25,058 nucleotides of DNA from an uncultured Nitrososphaerales archaeon (lineage in GTDB: Archaea > Thermoproteota > Nitrososphaeria > Nitrososphaerales > Nitrososphaeraceae). Positions 1 to 10,486 of the stretch are shown in pieces. The notes beneath the pieces were generated by a model. It ran no database searches. It was not told the DNA's origin and saw only the letters and a list, made by a program, of their open reading frames with translations. Position 1 is the first letter of the stretch. Each line of letters begins with the position of its first letter. A program made the translations under genes and the position numbers. Location: assembly GCA_963709405.1 (NCBI GenBank), contig CAVPXM010000087.1, positions 1-25,058 on the forward strand. Direction: 5' to 3'.

Positions 1-55
1 AGCATTACTATTAAAGATAGATGAGTATTTTAGTATTCAAAATATGCTATTTTAG

Positions 56-300
56 CTATCTTTTTTTATTATCCAGACCTTTAGTTTTTCCACCAGTCAC
101 CATTGAGAGTGCCACCCGGGCATCGCGCTGAATATTCTTCAATTTTTGGTAAAGATTCTGGTGAGCACACACAATTTCATCGCCATTAGCTACCCAGACA
201 ATAGAGACCTGAGCCAGGACTGCCATCCTTGTTCAGAGTCACAAGGTGAGCAAGATGGCCCGAAAGTCAATGCTTGCTGGACGACATTATTCAAAATCAT
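56..300 (-). pseudogene. PPOX-class (pyridoxamine 5'-phosphate oxidase-like) F420-dependent oxidoreductase, frameshifted and 3'-truncated
   Basis: Manual minus-strand translation across two frameshifts (~263, ~213): MILNNVVQQALT/GHLAHLVTLNKDGSP/QVSIVWVANGDEIVCAHQNLYQKLKNIQRDARVALSM. This matches the family pattern LxTLxxDGSPQxxxVW...KxxNxxRDPRVAL. It stops after ~80 codons. Not in the ORF track. Confidence 0.8.
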
Positions 301-410
301 AACGATCAGATCCTTTCTTTTCCAGTACTTTTTTACTTTCTTTGTTAGGTGATTTTCAATTTTCTTTTTCTTTAGCGAGATATTCACCTAGGAGGTAGGA
401 ATTTACCCAC

Positions 411-722
411 TTATTCACTTATCTTTTTCTCTAATTCCTTTTGAGGTACATATCCAACGATCTCACCTACTTCTTAGCCTTCACAGAAGAACTTTATTAC
501 AAGTACGCCTTGTATACCGTACCTTGATGCCAACCCTCCTTGTTCATCAACATTGACCTTAATCAATGCAATATCTGGGTATTTACTTGCGATTGATTAG
601 AATATAGGTTTCAATCTCATACAACACGGAAACCATGGAGCCCAAAAGTCAGCAGCTATGAGCTTCTTTGTAATCAATGAATCCCATTCTACTTCTTGCG
701 TTATATCTGAAGACTTACACAC
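411..722 (-). pseudogene. Thioredoxin pseudogene
   Basis: 104 codons from GTG (2 nt after the Rieske stop): ...LIAADFWAPWFPCCMRLKPIF*SIASKYPDIALIKVNVDEQGGLASRYGIQGVLVIKFFCEG*EVGEIVGYVPQKELEKKISE*. Trx motifs DFWAPW, KVNVDE and YGI are present. It has two in-frame stops and a damaged CxxC (WFPCC). Confidence 0.88.
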
Positions 723-724
723 TT

Positions 725-1144
725 TCACTTTACCTTAACCAGATTGTCCTCAACTTTTACCTCGCGCCTCTCTTGATCGTAGGTTCTGATAGGGTTCATC
801 ATTTTTTCGTACACAAACTCAGACAATTTCTCTGGGAGTGGATCCATCCCTTCCGGAGGCGTCAATCTGGGTTCCTTCAATTTTTGCCCAGTTGTTATAT
901 CAAACTGAGCCCCATGAAATCCGCATGTGACCTTGTTTTTAGGAGCGTCCAAGTAGCCCATTGAAAGTAAAGCGTTCATATGCCCACACCTATCAGCGAT
1001 AGCGTAGAATTTCCCGTCAACCTTGGCAATCAAGATTTCCCTTCCGTCAACTTCTACATGTTTCATACTACCCTCAGGTACTTCATCAGCTTTACACGCA
1101 TCTCTGAAATAGTCGTTTCGCTGATTTGAAACTTGTTTATTCAT
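725..1144 (-). CDS. Rieske [2Fe-2S] ferredoxin (non-heme iron oxygenase ferredoxin subunit-like)
   Basis: Intact 139-aa ORF with Rieske ligands CGH...CGFH(GAQFDITTG) and the typical N-terminal EVPEGSMKHVEVDGREI. Confidence 0.93.
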   Translation of the reverse strand: MNKQVSNQRNDYFRDACKADEVPEGSMKHVEVDGREILIAKVDGKFYAIADRCGHMNALLSMGYLDAPKNKVTCGFHGAQFDITTGQKLKEPRLTPPEGMDPLPEKLSEFVYEKMMNPIRTYDQERREVKVEDNLVKVK

Positions 1145-1165
1145 GACAAACGAGAATCGATATTT

Positions 1166-1174
1166 TTATTTAAG
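1166..1174 (-). promoter_or_regulatory. Putative archaeal TATA box for the Rieske-Trx-PPOX unit
   Basis: CTTAAATAA on the minus strand 22-30 nt upstream of ATG 1144, consistent with a leaderless transcript. The same 9-mer precedes the methyltransferase. Confidence 0.5.
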
Positions 1175-1400
1175 CATTGGGGTTTACCTGTACCTTACTG
1201 TAAGCGCGGGTGTTATCTGTAAGACCTACTATCTATATTAATCCCCTATTCTATCCTGGGTATTTTAGCTGAGGTATTTTAGTATTGTAGTAGGATAGAC
1301 TCATTATACGATTCTCACAATTTCTTTTTCATGGCTTCGATCTCTTGTCCTGCTACGTGGTTACTTTGAATACACTTTCGTTAGGCCGTGTCTGTTTCTA

Positions 1401-1624
1401 TTAATGACTTTGCCTTTCAAATTCTGGATAAGCGGTCGTAGTTCTATGCTCATTAACGAGTTATAGTTCAAAAAAATGGGCCTTTACAAGTCCTACATAC
1501 ATAATATTTACTCACGTCTTTAGGTATCCTTTTCTCACAACTTCAATGACCCATCATAGCACTGTATGCATCAGTGCACTACTGTAAAATGCAGTCCCAC
1601 AAACGTCGCACGTATAGCAGACAT
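1401..1624 (-). pseudogene. Possible decayed C2H2-type zinc-finger gene
   Basis: Pieces in shifting frames read CDVCGTAFYS and SKYYVCRTCKGPFF...NEHRTT, resembling CxxC-xxx-F...H fingers. There is no continuous ORF. Confidence 0.3.
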
Positions 1625-1974
1625 TTCGGGAATCGACATTACCACATTTATGTACGCGATTTCTTTTTCTAGGATATAATTAGCTACAATACTTTCGTGT
1701 CATTACGAGTAGAGTGGGATATACTGATAGGACTCTAGCCAATAAACAAATTTTCAAATACTCTGAAAAGTGGTCGAGCAAATGGAATACAAAGTTACTT
1801 TTATCCGTATTTAATTCTCAAATTAGTTTCAGTTGAATAAATTAGTTCCACAAAATTACGATATTTCAGACCTATTATCTTAATCACGTATTTAATCGCT
1901 ATTGCAAAGGTATGCACTACAGCAAAGGTGACATGACGATAATAAGGAACGCACTGGAATGGGTATAGCCAAAG

Positions 1975-2190
1975 GTGGCTAACGACAATGAGCGAATAAC
2001 AACTATTACAATAATGGCGGGATTATTTGGCGGGTTAGTTGGTGGCCCGATTGCCAGTTTAGTGGATTATTATGCTCCACCTTATGAGAGGTTTAAACTA
2101 TTTATAATTCCAGAATTCATTGGTTTTGCCTGTTTGGGGTTAATGGTTTATTTTGGTAAATCAAGAAAAAGGAAAAGCAAGAACATATGA
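1975..2190 (+). CDS. Small hypothetical membrane protein (2 predicted TM helices)
   Basis: 71 aa, two hydrophobic stretches (IMAGLFGGLVGGPIASLV; FIGFACLGLMVYF) and a basic C-terminal tail. Confidence 0.5.
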   Translation: MANDNERITTITIMAGLFGGLVGGPIASLVDYYAPPYERFKLFIIPEFIGFACLGLMVYFGKSRKRKSKNI

Positions 2191-2349
2191 TGTACAAAAG
2201 AGAATATTGATATTGTCATGTGGGTAAAAAGGTAAAATCTAAAGTTAGTTCTGTATGATGGTAGAAATAGCCACACTCACGTGTCTCAAATTGAGTGGGA
2301 ATTGTAATAATGATGGTTAGTTGATATCTGTCTACTTCCAATCTAGTTT

Positions 2350-2565
2350 TTAATCTATTTTTTTATCTGCCAGTTTACCAATAGTTTGGCATAGGAAATT
2401 TGTAGGAATTCCATCAAGATATATGTCTTCCACTTTCATACCATGAACTTTCATAGCATGTTCTGCACCATTTGTCAGAATCTCTTCTTCTGTTTCTCCT
2501 TTTATAACATAATCACAATCCAATCCTGTCTCACGACATAGAAGTGTTAACATATGCGTACACAT
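2350..2565 (-). CDS. DUF1059 family small metal-binding protein
   Basis: Pattern C-x3-G-x-DCDYVIKGETEEEIL...EHA..VHG typical of DUF1059. A TATA-like TATATTTAA lies on the minus strand at 2589-2597. Confidence 0.85.
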   Translation of the reverse strand: MCTHMLTLLCRETGLDCDYVIKGETEEEILTNGAEHAMKVHGMKVEDIYLDGIPTNFLCQTIGKLADKKID

Positions 2566-2766
2566 AGATTAAGAGGACCCTATTAAACTTAAATATACAC
2601 AAAAATCCTTCTGACAATGTATCCTATTTGCGCTTAGGATCGCTTTGAGCGCATTTAAAAAAATGCGTAATTTGTGTTTTTATTCACTCTATCTTTCAAA
2701 CTTCTGCGATACTATTATTTCTTTTATAAGTAACAACTGATATAATGGAAGTGTATTTGTATAATA

Positions 2767-3424
2767 ATGAAAATCCTTTCTGTCAATGTAGGACTTCCAC
2801 GCGAGGTCTTTTTCAGGGGCGAAGTCGTTACCACAGGAATTTTTAAGGAACCAGTAGAAGGTCCGGTTAGATTACGAAAGTCTAATCTGGATGGTGATAA
2901 ACAGGCTGATTTAACTGTACACGGAGGCCCAGATAAGGCAATATACGCTTATCCTTCGGAACACTACGACTATTGGCTACGTGAATTACCCGGTACAGCA
3001 ACATTACCTTATGGAATGTTTGGTGAAAATCTTACTACTCAAGGCTTAATGGAAGATGCGGTTAACATCGGTGATCAATTTCAAATTGGTAGTAGTGGTT
3101 TAGCCAAAGTAATAGTGACTCAACCAAGAATGCCATGCTACAAGCTTGGAGTTAAATTTGGACGAATGGACATTATTAGGAGGTTTCTGGCTAGTGGTCG
3201 GCCTGGAATTTACTTTAAGGTATTACGGGAAGGAGAGATTGGAGTGACAGATGAAATACAACTTGTAAAACGAGACAAAAACAATGTTACGGTTAAAGAT
3301 ATCGTACGGTTATATGTGGATGATAAGGAAGATGTTGAAACTATGGCGTGCTATAAGAATCAAAGCATTGCCAGAAGGATGGAGAGATTATTTCCGGCAG
3401 TATATTGCTCAACTTGGAAAGTAG
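2767..3424 (+). CDS. MOSC domain protein (YiiM-like) with C-terminal 3-alpha domain; one frameshift near 3346 as read
   Basis: Motifs GDKQADLTVHGGPDKAIY, FGENL, TQPRMPCYKL, GIYFKVLREG. After ~3346 another frame gives RAIRIKALPEGWRDYFRQYIAQLGK* (stop 3422-3424), the expected 3-alpha tail. The ORF-track tail to 3489 is off-frame. Confidence 0.9.
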
Positions 3425-3625
3425 ATAATGAATATATTGGAATATGTGAATTAATTGAAGACTGCTGTACAATATCAAAACGAGTGTAGTTGATGGTTTC
3501 GGAAGGATTGGCAGAAAACTAAGAATTTCTGTTACTTCTCCTAATAGTGGAGCCGAAGTGATAGGTCATAGGAAGACTATGGAAATAATCACAGTAAATA
3601 ATGGGTACTTATTTCTTTGTATTTA

Positions 3626-4608
3626 GAACCTATCCCAAAATTATCTTTCTACAGATGATCATAAAACAGGAGAACTGTACCAGTCCAAGGTAGTTCTCTG
3701 CCTTCTTTTCATACCGTGTGAACAGTTTTCTGAACCTGTTGTGCCATGAGTTTGTCCTTTCCACAACCCATCTTTTTGCAGAATGTTTTTTCCGGTTTAA
3801 GGAAGGTTGCGTTTCCGTCTTGATCTCCTCCTCTTTTTCACCCCTCTTTCTTTTGGGACTAATGTGCATGGACATATCCCCGTCTGATTAGTTCCTGTTC
3901 TTCTTGTGTGGAATTATATGCTTTGTCAAGACATAGATGTTGTAACCTTCTCCTTCTTCCCTTTCTTCTTGATTTCGGTTTGGATGACTGATGACGGCTT
4001 TTTAATAACTGAATTATCAACCATATCTATTACCAGTTTAATGTCATGGTATACTAGCAGATGAAAATGACCGCCGAAAGCGGTATACCTTCTTTGTCTG
4101 TTAAAATGTGTCTTTTTGTGCCCAGTTTGCTCCTGTCCGTGGGATTATTTCCGGTCATCGCCCCCCTAAAGGCGATTTTATGGATATACTATCGATTGAT
4201 TGCCATGTCCAGTTGATACCAATGATTTGATCATATATTTTCAGTAATCGAACCCATGTCTTTTTGAAAACATCCAGTTTATTCCATTCCTGAAACCTTC
4301 TATGGCATGTGGAACCCGATCCATACTCTTTGGGTAGCATCTTCCATTGGCACCCAACTTGTAAGGATGTATAAAACTCCATCAGGTACCTTTCTGTATC
4401 GTACAATTGGCCGACCCACTGTTTTGAGTGGTTTCTCTCTGGGTAAAATTACTTTAATCTCATCCCACAATTCATCTGGAATGGTTATGATGGTGCGATT
4501 ATCCTTTTTATCACTCCTCTTTCCCCCTTCTTCTTCTGGATACAGGCCATACTTTAGCAAAAGCAACATCGAGCTGCTTATAATCGTATCGAATTTTGGG
4601 ATAGGCTC
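3626..4608 (-). mobile_element. IS5-family insertion sequence, 983 bp, with degraded transposase
   Basis: 17-bp terminal inverted repeats GAACCTATCCCAAAATT (3626-3642) and GAGCCTATCCCAAAATT (reverse complement of 4592-4608), 16/17 identical. A 3-bp duplication TTA flanks both ends (3623-3625, 4609-4611). Confidence 0.92.
3630..4569 (-). pseudogene. IS5-family DDE transposase, multiply frameshifted
   Basis: Fragments IPDELWDEIKVILP...GRP, GCQWKMLPKEYGSGSTCHRRFQEW, SIDSISIK (D), NPTDRSKLGTKRHILTD, CLDKAYNS (D), RWVVERTNSW...RYEK (E). There is a GGGGGG slip site near 4161-4166 plus at least three further indels. Confidence 0.9.
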
Positions 4609-4958
4609 TTAGTGCAAATACTAATAAATATCCAAGTCTTATTTACCTGATGTAATTAAGATGCTTAATACGTTTGAGCTTAAATGAGCTATTTTATTTT
4701 TATGAATGAATATAAGTAGACATAAACCTATTGCTAGTAAACAACGCTTGATCTTTTTATTTTCAAGTCTTGTATCATATAAAAGCCTGCACGACCATAA
4801 TGCAGAGTATTCTAAATATATATAAGTTGGATAGTAACCTCCTGGTAAAAGACGATGATTTAGATGCAATATTATTATTAAGAGATTAGAAAATAATAAA
4901 TAATTTATTTCGAATTCTCAGTCATGGGCAGATAGACTACATAGAAGGATACACAGTA

Positions 4959-5868
4959 TTGCGGATTTTCTCTGTAAATGAAACTGGGCTTACTGAAGCA
5001 ACAGAGAGCAATTTCCATTAGAGAGTGAAATCCAGCGGTTAACCGAACAAAATTTGCATGATTTATTTGAACTAGATTTTGTGAAATCTGAATTTGAACT
5101 GCATGGCTTGAGGGTAGATACCCTTGCATTTGACAATGAATCCAAAGCTTTTGTCATAATAGAGGACAAGAAGGACAGAAATTTCTCAGTAGTAGACCAA
5201 GGTATGGCGTATCTTAATCTTATGCTGAACAATAAGGCTGATTTTATACTGGAGTATAATGAAAGGTCTCATTCATCTCATAGTCTAAAACGCGAAGAGA
5301 TAGATTGGTCACAGTCAAGAATAATCTTCATCTCACCAGAATTTACAAAGTATCAGGCAGCATGCTATAGGATTCAAGGATTCTGGAATTCAGTTATGGG
5401 AAGTTCACAAATACAGCAATGGTATATTGGTATTCAATGAGGTAAAACCTCCTTCTAGTAAAGAACCTATCGCACATATAGCCAAAAAGAATCCTGTTGT
5501 CAGAAGGCTAACAGAAGAGATTAAGGTCTACAAGGAAGACGATCATCTAAAGTCGGTTGATGATAATATGAAAGAGATTTACTCGGAATTGAAATCTGCT
5601 ATTCTCAATCTAGGTAAAGATATAGAAATAAGACCTAGGAAACACTATATTGCTTTTCATCGTAAGCAGAATTTTGTGTCATTTCATTTTTTCAGGTCAA
5701 AGACTCAGCTTACACCTTAATATAGGGATAAATCAAATTAGTGACCCTTCAAAGAAAGCAACAGATTATGCTAGATTCAGTGGTAAGATGATAGAAATAG
5801 CAGATTTAGATAGAAATGAAATTCCATATGTATTGCATTTCATAAAACAAGCATATGAAAAAAGCTAA
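4959..5868 (+). pseudogene. PD-(D/E)XK nuclease-fold (NucS/DUF91-like) plus DUF5655-like protein (COG3586-like), three frameshifts as read
   Basis: The pieces join as [15 protein letters not shown]...SEF...RVDTLAFD...IIEDKK...VDQGMAY...[38 protein letters not shown]...YKEDDHL...IYSELKSAIL...RKHYIAF.../...IKQAYEKS. Shifts lie near 5008, 5357 and 5698. Confidence 0.78.
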
Positions 5869-5934
5869 TAGATGTAGATTTCTAAAGAGCATTTCCTGAT
5901 GTTCAGAATAGTAGGGCATAAAAAGGAGTAAGTA

Positions 5935-6357
5935 TTGTCTTCAGAGAATAACAAGATAAAAAGAATATTCCTAACGCATTGCTCTGCTAAGAAGAATAGC
6001 TCATTTAAAGAAAAAAATATTCAAGTTACTCCTGATCGACTGTATATTGCAACTGTGACACAGCACTTTATGAACAAGTGTAAAAATGCTAAAGCAAATT
6101 GGGCTATATTTTCAGACAAATATGGCATTTGGTTCTCTGATATTGAACACAAATGGTATGAAAAGGATCCTAACAAAGTAACAGATGAAGAATTCAATGT
6201 CTTAGTACAGGATTTTAACACAAAATTAAAAGACTTTGATGAAATTTGGTTCTATTATAATCCTGGACGGTTTCATCCTATATACAAGAAGTTGCTGGTG
6301 AACAATTCCTTGAAAGATAAAATAAAGATGTTTACACATATTAGTGAAATACAATAA
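5935..6357 (+). CDS. DUF6884-like protein
   Basis: Intact 140 aa. Pattern IFLTHCSAKK...PDRLY...WAIFSDKYG...WYEK resembles the CSxxK...LY...ILSAKYG signature I associate with DUF6884. Confidence 0.6.
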   Translation: MSSENNKIKRIFLTHCSAKKNSSFKEKNIQVTPDRLYIATVTQHFMNKCKNAKANWAIFSDKYGIWFSDIEHKWYEKDPNKVTDEEFNVLVQDFNTKLKDFDEIWFYYNPGRFHPIYKKLLVNNSLKDKIKMFTHISEIQ

Positions 6358-6449
6358 CTAATGAGTGCAATTAAAGAATTGTCATCTGAAAAGTGGTTTG
6401 CTTCATAATCAATTGGAATCCCTTCCACTAGTTAAATTTCCTTTTGATG

Positions 6450-6809
6450 TTAAATCCCTTCTGAATCGACAAGAGAAACGGTAAGTACGATAGGCTTAAT
6501 TCTCCTATCAGGGTATTTTAGAATCCGTCTTATCTCTTCGATTGTGGGGGCACGGTCGTCTGCGTATCTTCTTCCTTTAGGCAGCCCACGACTAATGTTC
6601 TTCCAAGGAACGGATACGTCGCTTGTTTCGCAAAACATCTTGATGGTCTTGATAGTATTTCTAAGGGTACCTCCGGTGATCTGTTTTTTCTCTACCCTAT
6701 TTTTTTCCGACTGAACGTACCGAAGGATATTTGAAAAAGCCCAGTTAGGATCGTTTTTGCCTAGCTTGGCAAAATAATTACATCTCTCTTCTAGTGTACA
6801 TCCTCCTTT
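6450..6809 (-). pseudogene. Internal fragment of a tyrosine recombinase/integrase
   Basis: TLEERCNYF...ITGGTLRNTIKTIKMFCE...WKNISRGLPKGRRYADDRAPTIEEIRRILKYPDRRIKPIV is typical of thaumarchaeal integrases. It breaks off just before the catalytic Arg box and lacks its own N-terminus. Confidence 0.8.
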
Positions 6810-6810
6810 T

Positions 6811-7059
6811 AGTGCCATAGGAACTTCACTTATTCCAGTAAGCATGTTTGGTTTCTCTACAGCTATAAGATATTCATTCAACAATCAGATTGAATGGTTC
6901 ATCGCTTTGCTTTTTATCAGTGGAGGGATTGGTGGAGGAATACTTGGGACAAAATTTGCTTCCATGTTACCTAAAAAGACTTTGTCTATAGCATTTGCAT
7001 TTCTTTTGATAATGGTAGCTATGTATATAATAACAAAAAGTGTATTACTGATTGTATAA
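6811..7059 (+). pseudogene. C-terminal fragment of a sulfite exporter TauE/SafE family membrane protein
   Basis: In frame from 6811: SAIGTSLIPVSMFGFSTAIRYSFNNQIEWFIALLFISGGIGGGILGTKFASMLPKKTLSIAFAFLLIMVAMYII. AIGTSL and GxxGxxxG are TauE motifs. The 5' two-thirds is missing. Confidence 0.8.
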
Positions 7060-7492
7060 AGGAAAAAGTCCAACAATGCGTAGAGTATCGGGTCTACTTA
7101 CTTGGGACTGTGATATCATTTTCTTTGTAGTTTGTATTAGAGAAAGGAATTGGTAGTTTGGCTTTTGGTTGTCTGTTCCTCGAATTGTTCTTTTTTAGAT
7201 ACTTCCTTTTCTGTTCCTTCCGAAAAGTTTGTGCTATCTCGTACCGGATACTTTCCAACCGGATTGTTTACTTGTAAATAATGATATCCCAAATTCTGGA
7301 ACACGGCTTTCGCCTGATACATAACAGATTGACTCGATAGTCAAGGATTATTAGATCATGAATCGAAGCAGTTGAATGAGATTTGGTCTTAACCGGACTA
7401 ATGAATTTGGCAATATACCTTTGAGAAAGATGAACCTGTTTCGGTAGGGGTATCCTTGACATCCGGTACGCGATAACATCGCATCAAAAGCA

Positions 7493-8061
7493 TTAAGAAG
7501 AGTTCACAGCAATCACTGAAGTGCCATTTGTCAACGTGTCAAATGCTGGGGACAACTTCTTTCCGATTTCATATAACTCATTTATTTGTTGTTTAGAAGC
7601 AGAGGCTGCTCTTAATGTTAATGTCCGCCTTAAATCCCTGCGCACCAGGTCTTACTTCACTCGAGATACCGGTAAAACCTCGAAGATCAACATCACCTTC
7701 AAGGTTTATAATTATGCCATCTAAGTTTATTCCTCTTGCGGTGGCATGTGCAACAATTGTTTGTGTTATGCATGCACCTAAGCTTAGACATACAGGCTTC
7801 ACATACTGTGGGACCTTTGCCTTCTCCCGAGAATTCTGGAGGGAAATCAAAGACCATCGTATAAGTATTATTTCTTTGGATCGATTGGCCACCAATTTCA
7901 AAGTCCTTGATTGATGATCTAACACAAAATCCACCTTCCATACTATTCCATTCTGTCTTCACGAAAAATGTTGCTTTTGAAGTAGCCGGCTTCTCCATCA
8001 AAGTATTCATTAGACTACCAAGTTGCTGCGTGTTTACCCCATTAAGCTTAGTGCTATTCAT
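7493..8061 (-). pseudogene. OsmC/Ohr family protein, two frameshifts as read
   Basis: MNSTKLNGVN...DFPPEFSGEGKGPTVCEACM/SLGACITQTIVAHATARGINLDGIIINLEGDVDLRGFTGISSEVRPG...INIKS/SASKQQINELYEIGKKLSPAFDTLTNGTSVIAVNSS*. Shifts lie near 7785 and 7605. Confidence 0.87.
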
Positions 8062-8476
8062 TAACAAATAAACTGTAAATGGTGTTGAATAAACATTCTG
8101 TATCTTTAATCGGCTACCGGACCGGCAAATAGATATTTGGTATCTTCTTTCATTATTCGAGTCCAAGAATAGCTCGAATGGTTTGTTAACGTTTATAGCT
8201 TTACGACAGCGAAGACTAATACAGTCAATCAGTTGCTGAACCAGAGGCAGGATTCACCACAAGCTGATTCTAATTCAGACAACAGTGATCACAATGCCGT
8301 AAATCCGAACTGTAAGGCGTTCTGTGTGAAGTAGAAATGTCTTCTGATGCAGGGAAGGAATTATTTGAAAAATTGGAATCAAGATATGTTAGGTTCACAC
8401 CGTACTATATTTTGCATTTTGAAGTATGCAAGGAGCCTATAATATTATGATTCATAAAGATGGTAGCTTACAATAT

Positions 8477-8485
8477 CTTAAATAA
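8477..8485 (+). promoter_or_regulatory. Putative TATA box for the methyltransferase
   Basis: CTTAAATAA 24-32 nt upstream of ATG 8509, which supports 8509 rather than 8601 as the start. Confidence 0.5.
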
Positions 8486-8508
8486 TATTACCAGGATACG
8501 TCCTTGAA

Positions 8509-9617
8509 ATGAGTCAACAAACCCAAAATACTATTGATCAAAACAAGATCCAACAATTCATGAATAAAGCAGTAGGAGATATAGCAGGGACTCTACAGCC
8601 ATGCTTGTAATTATTGGAGAAAGACTTGGCTTGTATAGAGCTATGGCACAAGCAAACAGCCCAGTCTCAGTCAAAGCACTTGCTGATAAAACTGGAACTG
8701 TTGAAAGATTGGTGAGAGAATGGTTAGCAAATCAGGTGGCAAGTGGATATATAGAGTATGATCCTAGGAGCAGAAAATACAGATTACCCCCAGAACACGC
8801 ATTAGCATTAGCTGATGAAAATAGTCCAATATATCTGCAAGGTATTTTCAAAGCTATAAAGTCATACTTTAAAGATGAAGAGGAATTCTTAAAGATGTTT
8901 AGAGGAGAAAGAACACTTTCGTGGATGGATCATAATCCTTCCATGGCAGAAGGCTTTGCTGAATTCTTCAAATCCGGTTACATCGGTAACTTGATTAATT
9001 CATGGATTCCGACAGTAGATAATGGAAATGTTCTTGAAAAACTAAAAAAAGGTGCTAAAGTGGCAGATGTTGGCTGTGGTTTTGGTATCACTACTTTAAT
9101 GATGGCAAAAACATATCCAAATTCTACCTTTACAGGATTTGATTTTCACAAAGAATCAATTGAAAAAGCAAAGGAATCTGCAAAAAAAGAGAAACTAGAC
9201 AATGTAAAATTTGAAGTATCATCAGCTTCAGAATTTCCAGGAAGTGATTATGACCTTGTAACATTTTTTGACTGCGTGCATGATATGGGAGATCCTGAAG
9301 GAGCATTAACTCATACAAGAAACGTTATCAAGAAAGATGATGGTGGTGGCAATAGTAGTAATAATAGTGGCACTTGCATGATTGTAGAACCATTTGCACA
9401 AAATGAATTAGAGAATAATGTAAATCCAGTAGCAAGTACGTTTTATGCTGCCTCTACGCTAATATGCGTTCCCAATTCATTAGCTTTTAATGGGCCTGCA
9501 TTGGGAGCACAAGCAGGAGAAAACAGAATAAAAGATGTAGTAATGAAGAGTGGCTTTTCTCACTTCAAAAGAGTACTTGAGACACCACTAAACATAGTTT
9601 ACGAGGCCAAACCATAG
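8509..9617 (+). CDS. Class I SAM-dependent methyltransferase with N-terminal winged helix (Rv2258c-like); 1-nt frameshift near 8590 as read
   Basis: VADVGCGFG (motif I), GFDFH, FFDCVHDMGDP, ALGAQAGE, and N-terminal GERLGLY...ERLVREWL...GYIEYD. An upstream frame from ATG 8509 supplies IDQNKIQQFMNKAVGDIAG. Confidence 0.92.
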
Positions 9618-10078
9618 TTAGATTACGCATAGAAAGTAATAAAAAGAGGAACAATAATTTTTATTCTAGTTCTTTACTTTTTCACATTCTCTATTTTTAT
9701 TTAATTGTCTTCAAAGAAAAAATCTTTTTCCACTTATTCATCTCTTATAAAGACATCATGCATGTTTATAAAAACATTAATGTAGGACCCATATTGTCCG
9801 TGACCATAACATGTTGATAACAGCACAGCATATTGATGCCGTAAGACCATATGTTTTGGAGTTGAGTCGAAGTTGAGAATGCATTAGCAAATAAAGAACG
9901 TTATCATCTAGAAATATCATGATAAAAGATAGAATAGTTTACTAATGTAAATAATGGCTCGATGAGGATTTACCCATTGATTTATTCAATAGTATCTAGC
10001 TAGTGTGTCACAAAAAAGAAATGAGAAAATAAAACAGTTAGCGCCTAAACAAGAACAACAATCACCGGCTCAAGTAGA

Positions 10079-10374
10079 CTATGGAGTATCTGCATCAGCC
10101 TGAACATTACAATTTTCTTCACTACGTCCTGACTGTTCAGATCCTATTAGGAAACCATGAAAATATCCATCATTCCATTCCAGACTTTTACCTTCTCCTT
10201 TAGAGTGGTGGAGTTCTCTCCAACTACTCCATCACGTACTAATCCGTCATGTTTTCCTATCTTGAACCCTTTCTTAAAATCTGATCCTGATGCTGCAAAT
10301 ATGGTTAAAATATAGACATAGATTAATAACATTACTATCGCTATTGTTGTAGTAATCATTACAAGTTTATTCAT
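10079..10374 (-). pseudogene. Small predicted secreted protein with [YF]xxG[YF]xxG motifs; frameshift near 10200-10230
   Basis: Signal-like N-terminus MNKLVMITTTIAIVMLLIYVYILTIFA, then SDFKKGFKIGKHDG. The shifted frame continues EGKSLEWNDGYFHGFLIGSEQSGRSEENCNVQADADTP*. Confidence 0.55.
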
Positions 10375-10486
10375 GATGATCCTTATAAAAAAGAGAATAC
10401 ACGTCAACTAGGTTAGAATTCGAAATATTGGTCAGACTGATTAAACTGCCTTCATTATTGGAGACAAAATAAAACAGATAGCCGTC

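Noticed and set aside
146-964. Track ORFs 146..352, 190..387 and 677..964
   Set aside because: Antisense or off-frame shadows of the PPOX remnant and the Rieske gene.
25-1286. GTATTTTAGTATT at 25-37 and 1274-1286, and TATTTTAGCT at 48-57 and 1261-1270, flanking the redox genes
   Set aside because: Short, AT-rich and in swapped order, so compatible with chance.
4307-5232. Track ORFs 4307..4612, 4639..4869, 4905..5129 and 4990..5232
   Set aside because: Antisense to the transposase or nuclease-fold gene, or without any recognisable protein features.
7137-7462. Track ORFs 7137..7322 and 7268..7462
   Set aside because: No motif recognised in any frame. They may be a remnant but I cannot support a call.
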